A DNA stretch of 61,859 nucleotides, filler included, from 4 parts of 4 records of this genome joined end to end with filler, not necessarily neighbours in it, one strand, 5' to 3'; positions 19,421-29,704 are shown, counted from the whole stretch's first letter. Numbers and translations are program-made. The notes: a model not told the origin generated them from the sequence alone.

Positions 19421-20107
19421 ATGGCCAAACTCACGAAATCACAGCCTGTTCAAAGTGCAGAAATTGCTGGATATACCTTCGAGCGTGTCAGTTTGCTTGA
19501 TGAAGCACTTACCCATCCATCTTTATCGGGCACATACAATTATCAACGTCTTGAGTTTTTAGGTGACCGAGTGTTGGGGTTGGTCATCGCCGCATGGTTG
19601 TTAGAAGAATTCCCCGGTGAGGCGGAAGGAAAGCTTAATCGGCGGTTTACCGCATTAGTGCGCCGGGAAACATTGGCAGAAATTTCAGTAAAACTGGGCA
19701 TTGCAAAGCAGTTAAAAGTAACCCCCGGCGCTGAAGCGGAAGGCACAAAAACCAAACAGGCAATTCAGGCAGATGTTTGCGAAAGCGTTATTGGCGCGAT
19801 GTTTTTGGATGGCGGTTTTTCTGCTGCTGATGCCTTCATTAGAGCCCACTGGAAACCATTGATTGGGGTCGGTGTTAGCGCACACAAGGATAGCAAAACC
19901 CAATTGCAGGAGTGGTGTCAGGCTCGCATGATTCCGCTGCCACGCTATATTGAGATTGAGCGAACTGGCCCGGACCATGATCCGGTTTTTGTTATTGAGG
20001 CGATTGTTGACGGCCACGGCAGTACAAAAGCCACCGGCCCAGCGAAACGACTGGCGGAGCAATTGGCTGCAGAAAGCCTATTCAAAAAATTGAGTGGAGA
20101 GACATGA
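19421..20107 (+). CDS. rnc: Ribonuclease III
   Basis: ALTHPS, YQRLEFLGDRVLG, dsRBD KTQLQEWCQ...GPDHDPVF. Confidence 0.96.
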   Translation: MAKLTKSQPVQSAEIAGYTFERVSLLDEALTHPSLSGTYNYQRLEFLGDRVLGLVIAAWLLEEFPGEAEGKLNRRFTALVRRETLAEISVKLGIAKQLKVTPGAEAEGTKTKQAIQADVCESVIGAMFLDGGFSAADAFIRAHWKPLIGVGVSAHKDSKTQLQEWCQARMIPLPRYIEIERTGPDHDPVFVIEAIVDGHGSTKATGPAKRLAEQLAAESLFKKLSGET

Positions 20108-21030
20108 TGGCGTCAGACGTCAACAGTAATAGCGGCGCAGATCAAAAATGCGGGTTTGTTGCCATTATTGGCGCTCCTAATGCTGGAAAATCAACCTTGC
20201 TGAATCAACTTGTTGGGGCAAAGGTTGCCATCGTTACGCACAAGGTTCAAACCACGCGCACACGCGTTACGGGCATAGGCATGCTTGATGAAACGCAGCT
20301 TGTTTTCATTGATACACCGGGAATTTTCGAGCCCAAACGACGCTTAGACCGCGCCATGGTAAACGCCGCTTGGCAGGGCTCTGCTGATGCAGAAACCACC
20401 GTGTTGATGATTGATACCAAAAAAGGTGTCGATGAGGATGTAGAGCGCATTCTGAATGGTCTGGAAGCTGCCGGCAAAAAAGTTATTTTGGTGCTCAATA
20501 AAATTGATACGATTAAGCGCGATGGTTTGCTGGCGCTGGCCCAAGCTCTTGATGAGAAAGGGCTATTCACAGACATATTCATGGTGTCAGCTTTGTCAGG
20601 TGATGGCTGTGGAGACTTGAAAGCGCATTTAGCGTCCATTGCGCCCACCGGCCCCTGGATGTACCCGGAGGACCAAGTTTCAGATATTACAATGCGCCTT
20701 TTGGCGGCAGAAATCACTCGCGAAAAGGTGTATTTGCGCCTTCATGACGAATTGCCTTATTCGATAACAGTTGAAACTGAAAACTGGGATGACCGGCCAG
20801 ATGGTTCAGTACGAATTGAGCAAGTGATTCATGTTCAGCGCGACAGCCAAAAGGGCATTGTTATTGGCAAGGGTGGCTCCATGCTCAAGTTGCTGGGGCA
20901 AATGGCGCGCGAAGACATGACTGAAAACTTTGATCGCAAAGTGCATTTGTTTTTGCATGTGCGTGTTACTGAAAAGTGGGCTGATGATCGCGGCGTATAC
21001 AAAGACATGGGCCTCGACTTTGTCGAGTAG
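20104..21030 (+). CDS. era: GTPase Era
   Basis: GAPNAGKSTL, QTTR, DTPG, NKID, KH domain ELPYS. Confidence 0.97.
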   Translation: MMASDVNSNSGADQKCGFVAIIGAPNAGKSTLLNQLVGAKVAIVTHKVQTTRTRVTGIGMLDETQLVFIDTPGIFEPKRRLDRAMVNAAWQGSADAETTVLMIDTKKGVDEDVERILNGLEAAGKKVILVLNKIDTIKRDGLLALAQALDEKGLFTDIFMVSALSGDGCGDLKAHLASIAPTGPWMYPEDQVSDITMRLLAAEITREKVYLRLHDELPYSITVETENWDDRPDGSVRIEQVIHVQRDSQKGIVIGKGGSMLKLLGQMAREDMTENFDRKVHLFLHVRVTEKWADDRGVYKDMGLDFVE

Positions 21031-21063
21031 TCCAAAGACGGCTGCGGGTTAAGGATTTGTTCG

Positions 21064-21804
21064 TTGGAATGGCAGGATGATGGCATCGTACTTTCTGCGC
21101 GTCGTTTCGGCGAACATGATGCCATTATAGAGGTCATGACACCTGATCATGGTCGTGCACGCGGGTTTGTTAAGGCTGGTATGAGCCGACGCAGTAAAGC
21201 CAACCTTCAGCCCGGAAATCATTTGAAGGTAATTTGGCGATCGCGCATTGAAAACAATCTGGGTCGTTTTCAGCTAGAGCTTTTGCACAGCCCGTTAGGC
21301 AGTCTGATTTCAGATGGCACGCGCATGTCGGCCTTGGCGGCTGTTACGGCAGTGGTGGGTAGCACTATGCCCGAACGGGAAGTTCATGGGGCTGTATACG
21401 GTGCGCTTATGGGCTATACAGCGCTGCTTGAGGCGGAAGACGGTGCGCTGCCGCTATGGGCGGCTAAATTAGCCCAAATTGAGCTGGGTATTTTAACTGA
21501 ACTTGGTTACGGGCTGGATCTTACGACCTGCGCAGCCACTGGCAGCACGGATAATCTTGTTTATGTGTCTCCTAAATCTGGCAGGGCCGTGAGCGCCGAA
21601 GCAGGCATGCCCTACAAAACAAAATTGCTGGACTTGCCTGCTTATCTATTGGAAGCGGGGGGGCAGGAAATAACCGCCACAGATGCGCTTGCTGCACTTA
21701 GGCTCACGGGTTATTTTCTTGAACGCAATGTTTGGGTGGTGGCAGGGACAGGTCAGCCCGATGCCCGAGAACGGTTGATGGCCTCACTTTCCAGAGACTG
21801 TTAA
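21064..21804 (+). CDS. recO: DNA repair protein RecO
   Basis: MEWQDDGIVLSARRFGE, ELGYGLDLTTCAATG, YVSPKSGRAVS. Confidence 0.95.
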   Translation: MEWQDDGIVLSARRFGEHDAIIEVMTPDHGRARGFVKAGMSRRSKANLQPGNHLKVIWRSRIENNLGRFQLELLHSPLGSLISDGTRMSALAAVTAVVGSTMPEREVHGAVYGALMGYTALLEAEDGALPLWAAKLAQIELGILTELGYGLDLTTCAATGSTDNLVYVSPKSGRAVSAEAGMPYKTKLLDLPAYLLEAGGQEITATDALAALRLTGYFLERNVWVVAGTGQPDARERLMASLSRDC

Positions 21805-21832
21805 AGCAACGGACGAAGCGCATACTTTTTTC

Positions 21833-21857
21833 TGTGGAAAACCACAACATCTAGTGG
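21833..21857. promoter_or_regulatory. DnaA-box variant (TGTGGAAAA) abutting an NrdR box (CCACAACATCTAGTGG) upstream of parC
   Basis: Reverse complement TTTTCCACA fits TTWTNCACA. The 16-mer fits the NrdR consensus acaCwAtATaTwGtg and differs at two positions from the box upstream of nrdJ at 34099-34114. Confidence 0.55.
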
Positions 21858-21888
21858 CGTTTCGACATTCGCCTGCTATAAATAGCGC

Positions 21889-24132
21889 ATGACTGAGTTA
21901 TCACCTGAGAATATTGTCGAAGCTCCGTTCGCGGATGCTCTGAGCGAACGCTATTTGGCGTATGCGCTTTCCACCATCATGTCCCGGTCATTGCCTGATG
22001 TGCGTGACGGCCTTAAGCCCGTGCATAGGCGTTTGTTATATGCCATGCGGATGCTGAAGCTGGACCCTAAAACCGGGTATAAAAAATGCGCGCGCGTTGT
22101 TGGTGATGTAATCGGTAAATACCACCCGCACGGTGATCAGTCTGTGTATGACGCATTGGTGCGTTTGGCGCAGGACTTTTCTGTGCGCTACCCCCTTGTG
22201 GATGGGCAAGGCAATTTCGGGAATATTGACGGCGATAACGCTGCTGCCATGCGGTACACCGAAGCACGGATGACCGAAGTTGCCGCTGTTTTGATGGAAG
22301 GGTTGGAAGAAGACGCAGTTGACTTTCGCTCCACCTATGACGGTGAAGAAGAAGAGCCGATTGTTTTCCCCGGGCCATTTCCAAACTTGCTGGCAAATGG
22401 TTCAAGCGGCATTGCCGTGGGTATGGCAACCAACATTCCGCCGCATAATGTGGGCGAATTGATGGACGGCCTTCAGCTTTTGATTGAGGCAAGACGCGAC
22501 AAATCTCTTGAGGTAACCACTCAACAGTTAATCGACCGCATACCAGGGCCTGATTTTCCCACTGGCGGCCAAATTGTTGAGCCGAGAGAGAATATTATTC
22601 AGGCCTATGAGACAGGCCGCGGAAGTTTTCGGGTGCGCGCCAAATGGGAAAAAGAAGAACTGCCGCGCGGGCTGTACAATATCGTCATTACTGAAATTCC
22701 GTACCAAGTTCAAAAGTCTAAACTTATTGAAAAAATCGCTGAGCTTATTTCTGAGAAAAAGCTACCCATTTTAACAGACGTTCGCGACGAATCTGCTGAA
22801 GACATGCGCATTGTACTTGAGCCCAAAAACCGGACAGTGGACGAAAAGATACTTATGGAAAGCCTCTATAAGCTTACCGATCTTGAAACCCGCTTTTCCC
22901 TGAACCTTAATGTTATTGCGTCTGACAACCGGCCCCGTGTTTTATCGCTTAGGGAAACACTGGAAAGTTTTCTTGATCATCAAGTTACTGTGCTGCTGCG
23001 TCGTAGCCAGTTCAAGCTGGCGAAGATTGAGCGCAGGCTTGAGATATTGTCCGGCTATCTTATCGCTTATCTGAATTTAGATGAAATTATTCGCATCATC
23101 CGCGAGGAAGATCACCCAAAAGAAGAGATGATGCGCGCCTTCAAATTAACTGACAATCAGGCTGAAGCTATTTTGAACATGCGCCTTAGGGCACTGCGCA
23201 AGCTTGAAGAAGTGGAAATTCGGACTGAGCATACCAAGTTGGAGGGGGAGCGCTCCAAGCTTATTGCACTGATTGGGTCAAAAAAGCTGCAATGGCTCAA
23301 TTTGGGTGACAAGTTTGCCGAAATGAAGAAACGTTTTGGTCAAGACACGGAACTTGGCAAGCGCCGTACGCGCTTCGGTGAAGCGCCGGTGGTTGAGATT
23401 ATGCCTATCGAAGCCATGATTGAGAAAGAACCCATCACTGTTGTATGTTCTAAGCGCGGCTGGATCAGGGCGCTGAAAGGCCATGCCAAGGCTGAAGAAG
23501 TTCTAAAATATAAAGAGGGCGACGAAGAAAAGTTCCGCTTTCATGCTTACACCACCGACAAAGTTTTCCTTTTTGCGTCCAACGGTAAAATATTCACGTT
23601 GGGCGGTGACAAATTGCCCGGGGGGCGAGGTCACGGTGAACCCGTACGCTTAATGGTGGATATGGAAGCCAATGACGAAGTGGTTTCATTATTGCCATAC
23701 ATGCCGGGCGGTAAAATGATGGTGGCCAGCTCTATTGGTAAAGGCTTTATCGTTGAGGCGGATAATGCTGTCGCCATGAAAAAGGGCGGCAAACAAATCG
23801 TGAATTTGCCGGGCGATGCGGTGGCAACCCACTGTATTCCAGTGAGCGGTGACAGCATTGCAGTAATCGGCGAGAACAGGAAACTACTAGTGTTCGGCCT
23901 GGATGAACTGCCAACTATGAACCGCGGGCAGGGTGTTACGCTGCAGCGTTATAAGGACGGTGGCATGAGTGATCTGATAACCTTCCACCGCGAAGAAGGC
24001 CTCACGTGGCCAATGGGCGGCACCGGCGACAGATGGCGCACTGAAACGGAGCTGGAACAATGGACTGGTAAGCGCGGTAATGCAGGGCGTTTGCCGCCTA
24101 TGGGCTTCCCGCGCAACAACAAGTTTCGGTAG
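21889..24132 (+). CDS. parC: DNA topoisomerase IV subunit A
   Basis: [42 protein letters not shown]; 747 aa, no GyrA box, follows recO. Confidence 0.95.
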   Translation: MTELSPENIVEAPFADALSERYLAYALSTIMSRSLPDVRDGLKPVHRRLLYAMRMLKLDPKTGYKKCARVVGDVIGKYHPHGDQSVYDALVRLAQDFSVRYPLVDGQGNFGNIDGDNAAAMRYTEARMTEVAAVLMEGLEEDAVDFRSTYDGEEEEPIVFPGPFPNLLANGSSGIAVGMATNIPPHNVGELMDGLQLLIEARRDKSLEVTTQQLIDRIPGPDFPTGGQIVEPRENIIQAYETGRGSFRVRAKWEKEELPRGLYNIVITEIPYQVQKSKLIEKIAELISEKKLPILTDVRDESAEDMRIVLEPKNRTVDEKILMESLYKLTDLETRFSLNLNVIASDNRPRVLSLRETLESFLDHQVTVLLRRSQFKLAKIERRLEILSGYLIAYLNLDEIIRIIREEDHPKEEMMRAFKLTDNQAEAILNMRLRALRKLEEVEIRTEHTKLEGERSKLIALIGSKKLQWLNLGDKFAEMKKRFGQDTELGKRRTRFGEAPVVEIMPIEAMIEKEPITVVCSKRGWIRALKGHAKAEEVLKYKEGDEEKFRFHAYTTDKVFLFASNGKIFTLGGDKLPGGRGHGEPVRLMVDMEANDEVVSLLPYMPGGKMMVASSIGKGFIVEADNAVAMKKGGKQIVNLPGDAVATHCIPVSGDSIAVIGENRKLLVFGLDELPTMNRGQGVTLQRYKDGGMSDLITFHREEGLTWPMGGTGDRWRTETELEQWTGKRGNAGRLPPMGFPRNNKFR

Positions 24133-24287
24133 ATTATAATGAAATCGCATTGAGCGATATGCTCACTGATGCTGGAAGCCATCAAAAAGGGCTAATGCGG
24201 GTATTAGTCGGCAAAGGTTTGGCTTGACCTTCTCTAAAATCCGCTTCTAGTTTGTTTGGGGGTATAATCAATTTCAAGGGGAAAATC

Positions 24288-25118
24288 GTGCAAGACTTTA
24301 TAGAGCAGCTTGATGTCAATCAGTATGTACCGCCAGCGATAGAATTCAGTACCAATATCTTAATTGCCATCCTGATTTTGATCATCGGCTTTTGGCTTGC
24401 TTCAAAAATGTCAAATTTTGTTCGTGGGTTGGGCGAAAAGCACGAAAAACTTGACGATACGCTGTTTCGCTTTTTTGCCAGCATTGCTCGTTATGTAATT
24501 CTTGCCTTTGTCTTCATTGCAGTTCTCAACCGTTTTGGCGTTGAAACTACCTCCATCGTTGCCTTGATTGGTGCTGCTGGTCTTGCCGTTGGTTTGGCAT
24601 TGCAGGGCGCTTTGTCTAACCTATCTGCGGGCGTGCTTTTGCTTATATTCCGGCCGTACAAAGTGGGTGATTTTGTTGATGCTGGTGGGCAATTCGGCAA
24701 GGTTACTGAAATTGATCTGTTCACAACCATTATGCAAACCTTTGATAATCAACAGATTATTATTCCAAATGGTCAAATTTGGGGTGAGCAAATCATAAAC
24801 CACAGCCACCATCCTGTGCGCGGCGTTGATATGCATTTTGGCATTGCTTATGACGCGGACATAGACAAAGCGCGCAGTGTTATCGCTGGTGTGCTTGATG
24901 CGCATGCCCATATATTAAAAGACCCAGCGCCTTTCATAGAAATTGAAACACTGAATAATTCGTCGGTGGATTTTTTGGTAAGGCCGTTTTGTAACGGTGA
25001 GCATTATTTTGACGTGCTATATTCTGTACCTGAGCAGGTGAAAAAAGCGCTTGATGAAGCCGAGATAGAAATACCGTTCCCGCACCGGAAAGTTATCTTA
25101 TTTAAAGGCGATGAATAA
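24288..25118 (+). CDS. mscS: Small-conductance mechanosensitive channel
   Basis: GAAGLAVGLALQGALSN, RPYKVGDFV, IIIPNG, IEIPFP; GTG start after a GGGG RBS. Confidence 0.88.
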   Translation: MQDFIEQLDVNQYVPPAIEFSTNILIAILILIIGFWLASKMSNFVRGLGEKHEKLDDTLFRFFASIARYVILAFVFIAVLNRFGVETTSIVALIGAAGLAVGLALQGALSNLSAGVLLLIFRPYKVGDFVDAGGQFGKVTEIDLFTTIMQTFDNQQIIIPNGQIWGEQIINHSHHPVRGVDMHFGIAYDADIDKARSVIAGVLDAHAHILKDPAPFIEIETLNNSSVDFLVRPFCNGEHYFDVLYSVPEQVKKALDEAEIEIPFPHRKVILFKGDE

Positions 25119-25317
25119 GGGCAGCGGTTCACAGCTCATAACTACGCAAATCGAAATAAAAGGCGGCTCAGGAGAGGCCGCCTTTAGTTTGGGGAAGGTT
25201 CGTTTGTTATTGGGGCTAGATGAAAAAATTCATCCATTGCCTAAACAAATAAGGGCTTACTTGGGTAAGCACTTATCTGGGGAAGTGCCTAAGCTGGGCC
25301 CATGTAAAATGCGTTGA
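25111..25317 (+). pseudogene. Possible decayed ModE-type winged-helix gene fragment
   Basis: The ORF overlaps the mscS stop. IEIKGGSGEAAFSLGKVRLLLGLDEK resembles the ModE N-terminus (..FGPGKxxLLxxIxExGSI). Similarity stops after an A run, and a shifted frame reads SSIA* next. Confidence 0.35.
25159..25190. terminator. Bidirectional terminator-like hairpin between mscS and the VOC gene
   Basis: AAAGGCGGC/GCCGCCTTT inverted repeat flanked by A- and T-rich runs. Confidence 0.55.
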
Positions 25318-25669
25318 GTTTGTTGCCGTCCAGGTCACGGAAATAGGCGGCATAAAAAGTGCTATCATCGCCGCCGCGCAGGCCCGGCGCGCCTTCGTCT
25401 GTTGCGCCCAGCGATATGGCCTTATCGTATATTTTATCCACAGTCGCCCGGTCCGGGGCAGCAATGGCCGCCATAACGCCGTTGCCAACGGTAGCCGCTT
25501 CACCGTCAAAAGGCTTAGTAATGCTAATGCCGCCCGTTGGTGCATTGCTCCATGCAATGAAAGTTTCGTCGTCCCAAACTCTTTTGGCGCCAACAACTTC
25601 AGCCAGTTGATCATAGAAAGCTGCTGCTTTCTTCATGTCGTTTGTACCAAGTGAAATATATCCAAGCAT
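25289..25669 (-). CDS. VOC-family (glyoxalase/bleomycin-resistance) protein
   Basis: MLGYISLGTND, ATVGNGVMAA, DEGAPGLR, YFRDLDGNKL; GGAGG RBS before ATG 25669. Confidence 0.92.
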   Translation of the reverse strand: MLGYISLGTNDMKKAAAFYDQLAEVVGAKRVWDDETFIAWSNAPTGGISITKPFDGEAATVGNGVMAAIAAPDRATVDKIYDKAISLGATDEGAPGLRGGDDSTFYAAYFRDLDGNKLNAFYMGPA

Positions 25670-25788
25670 CGTTCCCTCCTTTTTAATGCCGTACATTTGA
25701 TATGGGGTTCGGAGGCCTAACTGCAAAGATCACGCGTTGCATAGCACCCATTTGAGATTGAATAGCAGTTTGTTGCTCCGGCTGACGT

Positions 25789-26247
25789 TCAGCGAGCAAA
25801 ACCTTGCAAGGCCAGAAACTCTTCGATTTTATTGGGGGTTATCAAGCCCGTAGCGTGTGCCGCTTCACGGCCCTGATGATAGAGCACCATCGTACCCGTG
25901 TAGCGAAAGTCATATTTTTGTATGAAATCCAGGTCACGGTCAAAATCAACCCGAATGGCACGAATGGTGGGGCCGCGGCCTTCTGCATGCAGTGTTTCAA
26001 GCGCCCGGTGCTGCAATAAGCAAGTAGGGCACCACGAAGCATAGACTTCAACCAGTAAAGGCTCGCCGCGTTGCATCAGTTCTTCAAAACGGGGGGCGGA
26101 ATAGTCTTCCCAACCTGGTAATATGGGGTCTGAGGGGCGCACATTCATGTAAATTAAATTGCCCCACAATAGAATTGCAACCAAGCCAATGAAGCCTACC
26201 TGCGCCCATATTCTTTTTAATAATGATTTTGGTTCAACTGTTTCCAT
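25789..26247 (-). CDS. Membrane-anchored thioredoxin-family protein
   Basis: N-terminal transmembrane helix, VEVYASWCPTC, IRVDFD. Confidence 0.85.
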   Translation of the reverse strand: METVEPKSLLKRIWAQVGFIGLVAILLWGNLIYMNVRPSDPILPGWEDYSAPRFEELMQRGEPLLVEVYASWCPTCLLQHRALETLHAEGRGPTIRAIRVDFDRDLDFIQKYDFRYTGTMVLYHQGREAAHATGLITPNKIEEFLALQGFAR

Positions 26248-26324
26248 GCGGCATCACTAACAGCGTAAAAACTGCAAAGCAATAAAAGGTCGGTCAAGTT
26301 TTTGTGGGTGAAGCTTTTGCTTGT

Positions 26325-26786
26325 TTATAAACCGTTTTCTGACAGGAACGCCTTTATTGTTTCTGCCGAGGTTAAACCGCTTTTGCGGCTAATCTCTATG
26401 CCCTGATTAAACAAAACCAGTGTGCCGGTGTGTTTAAAATTAAAACGCTCCAAGAAGTCTTTGTCTTTCTCGAAATCAACCCGGATTGTGTTTACAGGCA
26501 GTTTGTAGCCTTCTGCATACATACTCTCTAACGCACGGTGCTGCAGCAGGCATATGGGGCACCAAGACGCATAAACCTCAACCAAAATAGGCTCACCGTC
26601 TGACATAAGTTGATTGAAAGTGTCTGGGGAATATTCCTGCCACCCCGAAATTATAGATGATGGAGCTCGTGAAACCATAAATATTGCCGCTGAAACAGGG
26701 ACCAATAAAACCAGTGCGAGCGTCAATAATATGCGCCGGATTAGCTTGGCAGATGATTGAGGGTTTTGCTGTTTTTGCTTCATCAA
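26325..26786 (-). CDS. Membrane-anchored thioredoxin-family protein (paralog of the neighbour)
   Basis: N-terminal transmembrane helix, VEVYASWCPIC, IRVDFE. Confidence 0.85.
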   Translation of the reverse strand: MMKQKQQNPQSSAKLIRRILLTLALVLLVPVSAAIFMVSRAPSSIISGWQEYSPDTFNQLMSDGEPILVEVYASWCPICLLQHRALESMYAEGYKLPVNTIRVDFEKDKDFLERFNFKHTGTLVLFNQGIEISRKSGLTSAETIKAFLSENGL

Positions 26787-26913
26787 TGCAGCATATAAAC
26801 AGGGTTATATATTCCGCAAGCCTAGGAGCATCAAGTTAATATAAAGAATATATCAAGGGGACATGCAAGAAAGATAAGCCTATGAAAGTAATAACCTTTT
26901 AAAGAATTTCTCC

Positions 26914-28494
26914 CTAAAATAACTTACTTGGCAGCCAAGTAACCAGCTCTGGAAATAGTGTTATAACCGCCAATGCAATGATTTGAATAACGACAAACGG
27001 TAACACGCCTTTGTAAATGGCAGTTGTTGGTACATTTTCAGGCACCACACCGCGCAAGTAAAACAGCGCAAAGCCGAAAGGCGGGGTTAGAAAACTGGTT
27101 TGCAGGTTCATGGCCATTAGAACCCCCAGCCAAATGGGGCCGTATGTACCGTCCATGGCAAGCAGAGCAGGGGCAACAACAGGCACAACAACAAAAGTGA
27201 TCTCGATAAAGTCGAGGAAAAAACCCAGCACAAACATCAACAGCATCACCAACAAAATAGCGGTGAATTGGCCGCCCGGTAAGTTGTGCAACATATCTTC
27301 AATGATTTCGTCACCGCCTATGCCGCGAAACACCAATGAAAATAGCGAAGCGCCGATAAGTATAGCATATATCATTGTGCTGATACGCACCGTAGAGCGC
27401 ATAACCTCGCCTAGCACACCGCTTTTATGGGTGCGCCAAAGGGCTATGGAAAGGCCCACAATAAACAGTAATGTTAAAGCCGCGGCGGCCCAGTAGGCAA
27501 TGTGATCTGATGTTGGGATTATTTCTCTGCCCATGCGCAAATCAAAATTGGTGGATACTGCAAGCAGCAATACCAAGGCAGCAACACTGGAGAGCACAAC
27601 GGTGCGCATTCGGCTGCTCAGTCTTGCTGCGCCAAGCAAAATGGCACCTACTGCACCAACAGAAGCCGCTTCAGTTGGTGTTGCAATACCGGTGAGGATA
27701 GAGCCAAGAACAGAAACGATCAAAAATAGGGGCGGCAACAGAGCAAGGAAAAGACGCATATAGAGGCCTTTATCCACAGCGTTTTCGTCTTGTGGTATGG
27801 CGGGACTTGTGTCAGGCCGGAAAACAGCCATGCCGATCTGGTAAATAATATACATGCCAACAAGGGCCAAGCCTGGTATCAGAGCGCCGGCAAATAGTTC
27901 CCCGGCACTCATGGGAACCGGCGAAAACATACCTTTGCTTAACTGTGCCTGCTGCCATGCATTTGACATGACGTCTGCCAGCAAAATAAGCACAATTGAT
28001 GGCGGTATGATTTGGCCTAATGTGCCTGCAGCAGCAATAGAGCCGGTTGCCAATGAGGTATCATAGCCGCGACGCATCATGGTGGGCAGCGATAGCAGGC
28101 CCATTGTGACAACAGTGGCGCCAACGATGCCGGTGGACGCCGCTAAAAGCGCACCAACAATGGTAACAGAAATGCCAAGTCCGCCGCGAAGCGAGCCAAA
28201 CAGCTTGCCCATGCTTTCTAGAAGCTCTTCCGCCACATTTGACTTTTCAAGCATCACGCCCATGCTGACAAACAGAGGTACTGCGAATAATAGCTCGTTT
28301 CGAATAACGTTGCCGAATAGACGGTTAGGTAAAATCTCCAGGAAACTGAAATCCATCAGGCCTGTTGCAATGCCAATGCCGCCAAATAGCAAACCGGTTC
28401 CGGCCAGCGTGAAGGCCACTGGAAAGCCGGTCATTAACATGCCGACAAGCGTGAGAAACATTAACAGCGTTACTACAACTGACATATCCATCAT
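26914..28494 (-). CDS. TRAP transporter large permease (DctM)
   Basis: GFPVAFTL, AASTGIVGATVV, GTLGQIIPPS, NLQTSFLTPPFGFALFYL. Confidence 0.93.
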   Translation of the reverse strand: MMDMSVVVTLLMFLTLVGMLMTGFPVAFTLAGTGLLFGGIGIATGLMDFSFLEILPNRLFGNVIRNELLFAVPLFVSMGVMLEKSNVAEELLESMGKLFGSLRGGLGISVTIVGALLAASTGIVGATVVTMGLLSLPTMMRRGYDTSLATGSIAAAGTLGQIIPPSIVLILLADVMSNAWQQAQLSKGMFSPVPMSAGELFAGALIPGLALVGMYIIYQIGMAVFRPDTSPAIPQDENAVDKGLYMRLFLALLPPLFLIVSVLGSILTGIATPTEAASVGAVGAILLGAARLSSRMRTVVLSSVAALVLLLAVSTNFDLRMGREIIPTSDHIAYWAAAALTLLFIVGLSIALWRTHKSGVLGEVMRSTVRISTMIYAILIGASLFSLVFRGIGGDEIIEDMLHNLPGGQFTAILLVMLLMFVLGFFLDFIEITFVVVPVVAPALLAMDGTYGPIWLGVLMAMNLQTSFLTPPFGFALFYLRGVVPENVPTTAIYKGVLPFVVIQIIALAVITLFPELVTWLPSKLF

Positions 28495-28997
28495 TCGGCC
28501 TTACTAAACAGGGCTTTACCGTGGCGCAGCAGGTCGGCAACAGCATGCAGTGACAGAGTGAAGGCAAACAAAAGCAGGGTTGACTTCAGGATGTAAATGA
28601 AGGGCAGACCACTGGATTCAACACTGGTTTCCAATATAGCCCAACTGTCGGTTACATAAGGAATGCTGGCATGCCAAAAAAGGACCAGAAACGGCACCAG
28701 TAAAAACAAGGTACCATAAAAATTAACCACTGCTTTTTTGCGTTCGCTGAATTTGCAGTAAAGCAGGTCAACTCGCACGTGTTCGTCTTTAAAGGCTGTA
28801 TAGCCCGCGCCGCCAAGGAACATCATCGCATTGATATATTGCAGGCTTTCCTGCAACTGCACACTGCCGGAAGAAAAAACATATACTAACAGCACGACAG
28901 AAAATTGAACCAGAACAAGCAAAAGCGGCAAAAAGGTAAGGATATCACCAGTTTTTGCCGAAAATCCATCTAGGCGCTTAATAAGCGTGTCGAGCAT
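28491..28997 (-). CDS. TRAP transporter small permease (DctQ)
   Basis: Four transmembrane segments, DEHVRVDLLY; between the DctP and DctM genes. Confidence 0.9.
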   Translation of the reverse strand: MLDTLIKRLDGFSAKTGDILTFLPLLLVLVQFSVVLLVYVFSSGSVQLQESLQYINAMMFLGGAGYTAFKDEHVRVDLLYCKFSERKKAVVNFYGTLFLLVPFLVLFWHASIPYVTDSWAILETSVESSGLPFIYILKSTLLLFAFTLSLHAVADLLRHGKALFSKAE

Positions 28998-29005
28998 GAG
29001 GTTGG

Positions 29006-29567
29006 TTATCCGTCTGAAAGGTCGCGGGCTTCCATGAAGGCTTTTTCAGCAATCTCGCCCCAGCGCTTGCCGTCTGCGCGAGCAGAAAAGTAGCTGTCAT
29101 AAATGCGCTTCGACAGTTCGTCGTGATTGGCCACTTCCGTGACAACCTCATTTGAAACTGTACCGAGTGTGCGGAGGATATCATCATTGAACTTCATGAG
29201 GTTTACTTCGTGCTCATTGAGCAGCGTATCCAAAGCGCGAGCATTGTTGGCGTTGAATTCCGCGAGCATCACATCATTTTCCGTTGCGGATGCGGCTTCT
29301 ATCCACGCCTTTTCCGTGGCAGACATGTCATTCCATAAGTCCAGGTTCAGGCCAAGTGCTAACGCAGTCCCTGGTTCATGTATGCCGGGGTAATAATAAT
29401 TTTTAACAATAGAATAAAAACCAAAGGCCAGATCATTCCAGGGGCCTACCCACTCGGTTGCATCAATATTGCCTTGGCTCAACGCTTGGAAAATTTCACC
29501 ACCAGCTTTGGTAACAGGTGTGGCGCCAACGCGCTTCATCACCTCGCCGCCAAGGCCGGGCATGCGA
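29006..29567 (-). CDS. TRAP transporter substrate-binding protein (DctP/TakP-like), 5'-truncated by the contig end
   Basis: RMPGLGGEV, IDATEWVGPWND, YYYPGIHEPG. Confidence 0.9.
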
Positions 29568-29667
29568 NNNNNNNNNNNNNNNNNNNNNNNNNNNNNNNNN
29601 NNNNNNNNNNNTTAATTAATTAANNNNNNNNNNNNNNNNNNNNNNNNNNNNNNNNNNNNNNNNNNNN
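29568..29667. other. Artificial contig linker (N44-TTAATTAATTAA-N44)
   Basis: N runs around a six-frame stop spacer; flanking genes are truncated. Confidence 0.98.
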
Positions 29668-29704
29668 CAGGGGGTCGGAGGTTCGAATCCTCTCGCTCCG
29701 ACCA
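29668..29704 (+). tRNA. tRNA-Pro, 3' half only
   Basis: CAGGGGGTCGGAGGTTCGAATCCTCTCGCTCCGACCA: T arm GGTTCGAATCC and a CCGA-CCA end typical of tRNA-Pro; anticodon not in the window. Confidence 0.8.

Noticed and set aside
29612-29623. TTAATTAATTAA as a CtrA site or biological repeat (also at 35924 and 53107)
   Set aside because: Identical, centred in N runs and a stop in all six frames: an artificial linker
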